A stretch of 64,000 nt of DNA from Bigelowiella natans CCMP2755. Taxonomy: Eukaryota > Protista > Cercozoa. The notes beneath the pieces are model-generated. The model saw only the letters and a list, made by a program, of their open reading frames with translations. It was not told where the DNA came from and did not search any database. The translations under genes and the position numbers were made by a program. Numbering within the stretch: position 1 is the stretch's first letter; every line of letters starts with the position of its first letter. Where the stretch lies: positions 62,001 to 126,000 of the forward strand of contig ADNK01002595.1 of assembly GCA_000320545.1 (NCBI GenBank). Direction: 5' to 3'. Shown here in pieces: positions 56,359-64,000 of this stretch.

Positions 56359-56647
56359 TTTACATAATATCGTAATACCTTGGTGCAATGAATGCAATAG
56401 GAATATAATCAATATTTTCAGGAACCTCCTTAAGGCGATATGGCTTAACATCGCCTTCGTAGTAGCCCTCCCAGTAAGCAATAACTTTTTTGTCGCCACT
56501 ATTCCTCACATACTCATTCGATGAGATGGTAACAGCAGCATTTTTATTAGGCTTGAGTCCAGTCGTTGAGAGAACGCGTCCTTGCCTATTGTGCCAGTGC
56601 GAGCTAACTTCCCTAGTTAGGAGCAACAAGGGGAGGAGGGAGAGCAT
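54859..56647 (-). CDS. Secreted glycoside hydrolase family 18 (chitinase/endo-beta-N-acetylglucosaminidase-like); multi-exon
   Basis: Signal peptide MLSLLPLLLLTREVSS, then KKVIAYWEGY, IDYIPIAFI, KVLLSLL, catalytic IDGFDMDIE (DxxDxDxE), HVTTMRY and MMLWSLTRD (beta-8 Trp). Confidence 0.88.
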
Positions 56648-57369
56648 CCAGCCAAGGTGTGCTTTGAATAATTATGTTCAGCATACTTCTTCGTCGAACC
56701 AAGAGAGAATCTCGTACTTTCTGAGAAATAAACCAAAGATATGTCTTGTCGCATCTTTTTAATGCTAAGAATTTACACAGACTTCATTTATTGTACTCTC
56801 GAGAAAAAGTATATTCGCCTATGCCCCAATTTTGAATTGTCGCAATATGTAATTGGACTACGATTTACAAGTTGGCTGCAAACTTTTTAGGGCGACATTC
56901 ATTATCTTGCGATAACTTGCCAAAACCTCATCGTATTTTTGCCTGTAAAAACTCGGTATTTCCATGAAAACAGGACTGCAGAAATTTGTGCGGTGGCGAG
57001 GAATGGCGTTTTTTATTAGCGACAAGGTGTTGCAACGGGTGTTTTTGATGAGCGACAATGCATGATGACAAAAATAATGGCCTCATCATCTCATCATCAT
57101 CATCGCTCAAGATAAAAAGATAGACTTGGATGAGGATAGAACAGAGCTGAACAGAATGAACAAAACGACCAAGTGCCTGGGCCCTCCCGGTCCTTCTTCT
57201 AAAGCTCGTCAAAAATCCACAAGTGTTGCCAGTTCGCAAGCACATCAATCTCTATGAAGTTTGGAATAGCAGCATGGTTACAAATGATCATAATGCATGT
57301 GCTCCGAGATTAAATCTAATACTTCTGTCTACGTCGTTAAGGTGCAAACGAATTTCGGGCAGGACTTCG

Positions 57370-59152
57370 ATGAGTCGCCTTATTCAGGCAGTAGGTGTTC
57401 TTTACATAGTCTTCTTTACTATAAATTGGTTCCGATTGCTTCCAAGAAAAGAGCAGCAGCAGCTTCCTCATAGCAGTGTCGATCTTGACCAGACTGGCAA
57501 TCACGGCACCGAAAAATCACTGCCATCTCACCAAACAGTCGAACCACAATTAAGGGATAAGGTACGTAGGAGTGGCTCTCTGAGCATGTACGCGCCGTCT
57601 CGTCCTATCGAATTCGATGTATCCGGACCGAGCGAAAATGCACAAGTAAAAGGTGCTGGGGTTCTTAGCAATCGTACCAGACGATTCTGGATCAGGATCA
57701 ACGATGGATGGCACGGTTTCTTCGCTCAATTCCTTGTGGTTATGAACGAGATATGTTATGCCGAGCAACACGGTCTAGTTCCATACATCTTTATCGACGG
57801 TTCTACAGAGCGCCACGGACCAAACCGCTATTTTGACGTCACGTCTGGAAATAACATATGGGAATACTATTTCCTACCCATCTCATCAGAGCCACCCCCA
57901 ACTACACTGAAGGAACGAAAAAAGGACTTAACGTTTAACTGGGATCAGGAACGAGCTCATCATATTTCCCGTGATGCTATCAAAGCGTACGTTGTATACG
58001 ATAATAAGCATATATCAGAGACCACATGCAGAACGAGTGCACATACATATAACATAAATATGCGCCATACAACTTATATAAGTTCACATGGTTAGACGTA
58101 GGAGCAAAACTAACCTCTTCGCCTTATCAAATTCCTTTATCTACCCCCAGTTACTACTACGGACATTCTTTCGATGGGAAATCAAACAAGAAGCGGTTCA
58201 GGAGCAACCGCTACGATGACTCATTCTACTACCACCATCGTTCCCTTGCCCACAGAGTTCTTGATGCATATTTGCGGCTAAAGCCACAGATTTTTAATGA
58301 AACACAAGATTTTGTGCGAGAGAGGTTCATAGGGAAGACGGTTTTAGGGGTGCACATGCGCGGGACCGATAAGATCGCATCCGCCGGTGGCGGAATGGTA
58401 ATCCCTGCAGCAAAGTATGCAGTCTACATCCAAGAGTAATGTTTCACGAAAGCATGCAAGAATAGTATGGACGATGAGAAGGAGGATCTTTCATATTTGA
58501 AAGTTTTTGAAAACATTATGCTGTGACACATTCCACGTTTAAGCTTTTTTTCCCTTTCTTTTTTTGCCATTTTTTTTTTAAGATTTAGCAGTGCAGCCAG
58601 AAATCTTATAATATGCACCAACACCTTAGATTCTTGAAGTGGGCAGCTGAATCACCAAATGTTGGCATTACTAATGCAGCTGTCTTCATCGCCACAGAAT
58701 CTCAATCTCTCCTCGATACGTTAGTGGCGACACTAGAGGAGAAATACGAGGCCTTTGGCGTGAAGAAGGGAGCAAATTCAATAATCATAACGCGTGAGGT
58801 GCTTCGATCTCCGAAGTACTTTACCAGACGTGGACAACGTTTAGAGCAAAATATCTTTCTTGACAGCTCCACTGGGGGAGGATACCAAAAGGGCAAAGAC
58901 GTATTGATCGACGCGTTGCTGATGAGCCAGTGCGACTTCTTGATCCACGGTGCGTCTTCTGTGTCAGAAGCTGCTTTCTGGTTCAACCTGGCTCTCCATA
59001 ACAGCTCGGTGCATTTACAATATGAAGATCATGAGGATGTAGCCAAGCAGATGGCGGCAAAAGAAAATGATGATAACAGGAACCAGGGAGGTTGGGATTC
59101 GTCATTGTCATCTTATCCATGGAACCGCTTAACCAGCTTTCATCGAGTGTAG
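57370..59152 (+). CDS. NodZ/GT23-like GDP-fucose-dependent fucosyltransferase, type II membrane topology; about 3 exons
   Basis: N-terminal anchor LIQAVGVLYIVFFTINWF, then GFFAQFLVV, GNNIWEYYFLPI, motif I VLGVHMRGTDK (about 58341-58373), motif II VFIATES and motif III DVLIDALLMSQCDFLIHGASSVSEAA. Confidence 0.85.
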
Positions 59153-59775
59153 CATCAGAAGTGGCAGCCCAACAGGAGATAGCGTTCTTAAACATATTCA
59201 TCCTGAATATCATGCACACGTGTTATACCGTCTTGCTTCAACATCCATATCATTTCCCTCAAATTGCCCTGTTCTACAAGAGCCTTCCTAGCTTCGCTCA
59301 TTTGCTGTGTGCCACTCAATTTTCCAGAGATTAGATGTACAAATGTGCATGTCGCAAGAATCATGGTGCCACTGTTCAATGCAAGATGAACTTGTGTTGA
59401 CATACATGACACGCCCTTGATCTATTTTGCTGTTGACTTTTTTGAATTGCCAAGAAGCAGAAAAATACCAGCACGGGCAACACATCGTATTATGCATCTA
59501 TACACCGCATTTGTTCGTGTTTCTGTGCTCTCATGACGTGCTGCGCACCTTGATTGCTTGGAAAATGATTCATGGAAGATGTGCAGGCAATGCGCTGACA
59601 TGTTCAACAGTCAAAATTCACATTCCTGATGGCGAATCGAATGAATGCACACCTAGCACACCAATGATAGACATGCAATATGATATATATATATATATTT
59701 AAGCGCTGTAGCCGCTGCATTGCACAGCTACATTAGGATGACCATTGGAAAAATTTAAACATTTCATTACATCCG

Positions 59776-59829
<54 letters not shown>

Positions 59830-60109
59830 CCATATTGCTGTGTCTATTATACCATGCGCGAAACACACGAGTCTAGGAGTGGGCAACATCAGTGCAATTA
59901 GTTCTTAAGTTGTCTTGAGTTGGATACAAAGGATGAGTGAAACTTTCCTGCCCAAATCTCATCGCAGGCCAACGAAAGATCGCACCGAGGAGTTCCGCTT
60001 CGTTCCGTGCCCCATTGAGTGACCATCGAAAAAAAAATGATAAATGTGTGCAATGAACGACTTTGCGCAACTCTCCAAACCCACGGACAACGTCCCCTCC
60101 TAGCACCTT

Positions 60110-60880
60110 TCCAGCCCATTGCACTGGGACATTAGTGCGACTGCTCGTTTCGTGCTACTTCTGGGACCAGTTTCATCCATCTTCGATTTTCTCACCTTCT
60201 ACCTCGCTTATTGGCAGCGGTCGGGGCGCGAAGACCCGCTAGCCCGGCCGTGTTTCGAACCGCATTGTTTGTCGAGGGCATTCTCTCACAGATGTTCATC
60301 GTTCTTGTCCTCAGAACTGCTGTGCCTGAATCGGCACCTAATCGAGTCATTCCCCTCTGATTCACACTAACGCGGCGAAATCAGCAGCCGGAGCCTAATT
60401 AGTGGCAACAGTACACCTACATCGGCTATCGTCACAGCAGCAGCTGCTAGGGAGTCAACACCGCCACAGCTTGCGTTTTACTACTATCGCCCGTTGCATC
60501 AATCCGATCATGGCTTCGTGGCAGTTCTAATCGGGTGAGGAGCAAGATAGCGATCGGTTTTGATGTTGATGCCGATGATGATGATAATGATGGTGATGAC
60601 GACGGCGGTGTCGGTGGTAGGGGTTATAATGGATGGTGATATTAGTATGTTTACGTTTATTTTCTTATTTCCCCTCCCCTGATTCGTTGGACCCAGGAGA
60701 GAGGCGGGCCTTCAGTGTTGCTAGTCGTCGTGACGGTATTGATGGGTATGATATCTGTCACCCTAACACAAAAATCCCTGTCGTTGGCGATGAGCTGGAG
60801 TTCGTCAATCTTCCTGCTCAATATTGGCCATGGCTTCTGACCATCATAGTGTTGTATTGCTCGCTCAGTGCAAGGGCGTT
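60110..60880 (+). pseudogene. C-terminal membrane fragment of an MgtA/MgtB-like Mg2+ P-type ATPase (P3B), apparently frameshifted and 5'-truncated
   Basis: PLHWDISATARFVLLLGPVSSIFDFLTF, then in another frame FRTALFVEGILSQMFIVLVLRT, and later PVVGDELEFVNLPAQYWPWLLTIIVLY. These resemble the MgtA C-terminal helices. No DKTGT or TGES exons seen upstream. Confidence 0.7.
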
Positions 60881-62105
60881 GCAGAGGTCTTTCCATGCAT
60901 TGGGGGTTTTTGAGTTTTGAGTCATCATCACACTTACCGACCGACTACCGCACAGCAGGACATCCATCCATCCATCCCTCCCTTTTTGTCCTACGACAAC
61001 GGTAAAACAACGAAAAATCGATGACGAGGCCCTCGAATTGTATCGGACGCTCCAGTTTCTCCACGATGATTTCTTGATTTCCAGCCACTGGATTTTGGAA
61101 ATGTGGTGCTTCAAGTTTCTGTCTTTCTTTCTTTTTTGTGTGTTCTCATTACAACACGAACGCTCTCAATTTTTGTATGACGACAAGTTGCACAACAGGT
61201 CGATGGGCACACAAATAGGATTCTTGTGTTAAGGGCTAATAGCTACCATATGTGCCAAACATACCCCTTCCTCGTTCCGATACTACCGGTTTATGTATAA
61301 ATTTTAGATGAAAAAGAGTACTTTTTTGAATTAATTCTAACTTAATTGGAGTTTTCTCATCCTATCCTCCTGAGGAGATTGTGAGGAGATCCCGGAAAGT
61401 TTTCATGCAAACACTGGATGGCTATAAAAAACCAAAGCCGAATCCTAAAGAGGTGAATGGGCAATTTTCACCATATACATACAAAATGGGCTTTATATGA
61501 TTTGAAACAAAGGCCACTTGTTTATATTTATTACTCAGCTGCAAATAATGCCGTCTTACATTTCAGCTTAATTCTGTACATTCTTATTTTATTTACGGGA
61601 CCAAGTCAATGTCACAGAACACAAAATATAAAATGAGATCGTAAATGAAGGATATTTTTCATACTTTTATTCTTTTCTTTCCTAGAAAATAACCTGAATT
61701 TAGGTCTGCTCTTTGTTCTCTCTAGGAGAAGAGTTTTTTCAGTCTTAGTTGTTCAAAATATTCTTTATGTTAAGTAAATTGTACTATTATTATATACCAT
61801 AGTTTTATCATAACGACCATGAGTAAAAACCTTTTATTACCCGAAGTCGGTCTTTGATGAAATATAAAATGTATATTCTAGATCTGAATAGGGTTTAATC
61901 GCGCATGTAGGGAAATTCAGAATGGTAATTGCAATCTTTGTATTAATATTTCGTCGAATGTGCTAGAATATAAATGTACGTCATGCCCCCACAACATAAA
62001 ATAAAACGAATTAGCAGTTACCCATGAATGCGTTCAACGATTTTATGGTTGGTTTTTTCTTGGTAGAGTCTTGAGGCAGAACCCAACCGGATCCACCTCC
62101 CAAAA

Positions 62106-62603
62106 ATGTACCAGCAGATCAACGCACCTAAGTCCAACATGAAGAAGACTCTTCTTACGGCCTCCGTGGCTCTCAACGCTCTCCTCGTTGTTGCTTTGTG
62201 CTTCATGGCATTCTCTGGCAACACCCTTGCAGCACCTGTTCGCTCTGTGAGCGTGAACTCCCAGGTTGGCCGAAGGGCTGCAATGGGAGGTGCTGCTGCT
62301 GGAATGGGGCTTGCTGCTACCCGCATGGCTAAGGCTGTCAACCCTACCTCTATCTTCGAGACCAACTGTGGAGCTTGCCACCAGGGAGGTGGAAACAACA
62401 TTATCACTGGACACACTCTTTCCAAGACCGCTATGGAGCAATACCTTGATGGCGGATGGAACAAGGAGTCCATCGAGTACCAAATCCGCAACGGTAAGGG
62501 ACCTATGCCTGCTTGGGAGGGAGTTCTTTCCGATGAAGAAATTAAGGCTATGACCGAGTGGGTTTACGAACAGTCCACCACCACCTTCAAGGATGTCAAC
62601 TAA
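62106..62603 (+). CDS. petJ: Cytochrome c6, nucleus-encoded, with signal peptide, transit peptide and lumen-targeting domain; intronless
   Basis: Mature domain IFETNCGACHQGGGNNII..HTLSKTAMEQYL..SIEYQIRNGKGPMPAWEGVLSDEEI..WVYEQ (CXXCH heme site, axial Met). The roughly 77-aa leader has a hydrophobic ASVALNALLVVALCFMAF segment and ends in AKA. Confidence 0.97.
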   Translation: MYQQINAPKSNMKKTLLTASVALNALLVVALCFMAFSGNTLAAPVRSVSVNSQVGRRAAMGGAAAGMGLAATRMAKAVNPTSIFETNCGACHQGGGNNIITGHTLSKTAMEQYLDGGWNKESIEYQIRNGKGPMPAWEGVLSDEEIKAMTEWVYEQSTTTFKDVN

Positions 62604-63148
62604 ACTAAGTTAAAAAAGAGTTTAGAGCAACACTTTGGATTCTGTTTTATTGATGCCGCATTCTGGAATTTTAATTTAGACGAATCATTCATATGATAGA
62701 AAATATTGTGTTTATCACAGCTACGTGAGCCCCTTTCAGTGATTCAGGACTTGTATTGCGCTATTGTTGCTTGAACTTGCAGCCATCCAGCACAACACGG
62801 CGTTGTGACATACCGGGTTACGTACATATTCATACCCAGACAACATACATGTCTAGATGTGTATTCACAAAGTGTGCATGTATGTGTATGAAAGTACGTC
62901 TAAATATGTGCATGCGCTAGCATATGTATATTTATTAACACACGCTAGCACGCACGCTCCAAAGCCGTGCTAGCTAGCTAGTGCATGTTGTGTTGCGGTC
63001 GTACAAACGCCATGTGATGACAGTCGAGCACGCCTAGCACGCATGCTGCGTCGATCGGTGCGTACATGTTTATGCATGTTGAGATCTAGAGATGTCCACA
63101 TCGCATCTAGACATCACGCACAACACTACTAGACTAGAACATGCTAGG

Positions 63149-63300
63149 ATTATAGACATGTAATACCATATATATAATATACATGTGCTATTGCTGTGTC
63201 TATTGTAAATCTATTCTAGCGAAAAAGAAGGGGATACTTATTATAGACATGTAATACCACATGTGTAATATGTGTGCTATTACTGTGTCTATTGTTCTAT
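63149..63300 (+). repeat. Imperfect direct duplication, period about 91 bp (ATTATAGACATGTAATACCA...GTGCTATT[G/A]CTGTGTCTATTGT)
   Basis: Copies start at 63149 and 63240. The core TATTGCTGTGTCTATT also occurs at 59833-59848. Confidence 0.8.
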
Positions 63301-63535
63301 CAGGTCACACGCTCTGCACTACGCTAGCTAGCTACAGCGTAGTACGATATACAGCTACATACTCGATCTAGTTACGTTGTCTGCTAGTCTGCTAGTAGTT
63401 GATGATGCTGCATGTCTTGCGCAGTGGCGATGATCGATTCCTGATCATTAAGCTAGCAATGTTGCTGTCGTCGTGATGTTGTCATGCTAGCATATGCATG
63501 TTGCTTGCACATGCTTGGTGCAGAACGATGCATAG

Positions 63536-63732
63536 CTAATAGCTTGTTTCTTTCATGGAGCTGTCGCAGGGGGGCAGAACTTTTGCAATGGTTCCAAGTG
63601 CGAACGCAGCCGTAATCGGCATTGTCAGGTTGCCATTCATGTCTCCAATCTACAAAGTATGTGAACAAACAAGGCATTTGTGCATGAACGTGCACTTGTG
63701 TGTGTTTGTGCATGATGTGAGAGAGGAACTGG

Positions 63733-63793
<61 letters not shown>

Positions 63794-64000
63794 TGAATAA
63801 ATGAGTTGTCACACCACAACAATATCTGCTATTGCCGAGATCACCCCATTAAGCACTGCTACCGCGACCTGAGCCATAAAAAAATGCTTATAATTTTCAG
63901 GGAGACAAAACCAAAGATCTAAAAATTCGGATGGAAAAGATGAGTTTTGATGTACATGACTGACCCGACGACAAGGGCATGTCACACTGCTAAGAATGAT
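63536..64000 (-). CDS. 3' end of a membrane protein, possibly a CTP-dependent lipid kinase (Dgk1/phytol/dolichol kinase family); partial
   Basis: GT-AG-bounded exons VAVAVLNGVISAIADIVV (about 63865-63812) and IGDMNGNLTMPITAAFALGTIAKVL..SY* (about 63649-63536). NGNLTMP resembles the family DDNLTIP motif. Confidence 0.45.

Larger units (their letters stand above)
165..63790. repeat. Dense intronic microsatellites: (TA)n, (CA/TG)n, (GA/TC)n, (CAT/GAT)n, (CCT/GGA)n, (TAG/CTA)n and poly-G/C runs
   Basis: Directly visible throughout, e.g. 1156-1197 (GA)n, 1558-1602 (TA)n, 55449-55538 (TG)n(GA)n; located mostly between donor and acceptor sites. Confidence 0.97.

Noticed and set aside
60220-60242. 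A 23-nt GT-AG mini-intron that would repair the MgtA-like frameshift
   Set aside because: Other introns in the window are much longer and the rest of the ATPase is absent, so a simple frameshift is more parsimonious.
61250-62050. AT-rich block as a possible organellar insertion or transposon
   Set aside because: No ORF, RNA gene or terminal repeat could be recognised; it may simply be the petJ upstream region.
62018-62491. Two antisense ORFs (146-157 aa) over petJ
   Set aside because: Explained by codon bias on the sense strand; no recognisable features.
128-63822. Many short ORFs with poly-H/S/D/M or [20 protein letters not shown] tracts
   Set aside because: They are translations of intronic microsatellites that lack stop codons in some frames, not proteins.

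Overview
Intron-rich eukaryotic nuclear DNA with GT-AG introns, many of them filled with (TA)n, (CA)n, (GA)n and triplet microsatellites. Most supplied ORFs are therefore exon fragments or microsatellite artefacts, and the gene models below were spliced by eye, so boundaries are approximate. A nucleus-encoded cytochrome c6 with a signal peptide plus transit-like leader indicates an alga with a secondary plastid; the leader style suggests a chlorarachniophyte such as Bigelowiella (inference). Genes in order: mitochondrial-carrier-family phosphate transporter with unusual N-terminal G-x-[GS]-Y beta-rich repeats (+, 5'-truncated); pirin (-); U-box/ankyrin/Sel1 protein (+); aspartate-semialdehyde dehydrogenase with a mitochondrial-type presequence (-); hypothetical protein (+); a very large coiled-coil/ankyrin/polycystin-2-type channel model (+); tyrosine-kinase-type kinase with Tyr-containing repeats and a Sel1 array (-); DHHC palmitoyltransferase (+); secreted GH18 hydrolase (-) head-to-head with a NodZ/GT23-like fucosyltransferase (+); an MgtA-like P-type ATPase remnant (+); intronless petJ (+); and the 3' end of a probable CTP-dependent lipid kinase (-). 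Best candidates for undescribed biology are the GH18/NodZ divergent pair, the Tyr-kinase-Sel1 protein, the ankyrin-polycystin channel and the repeat-carrier fusion.
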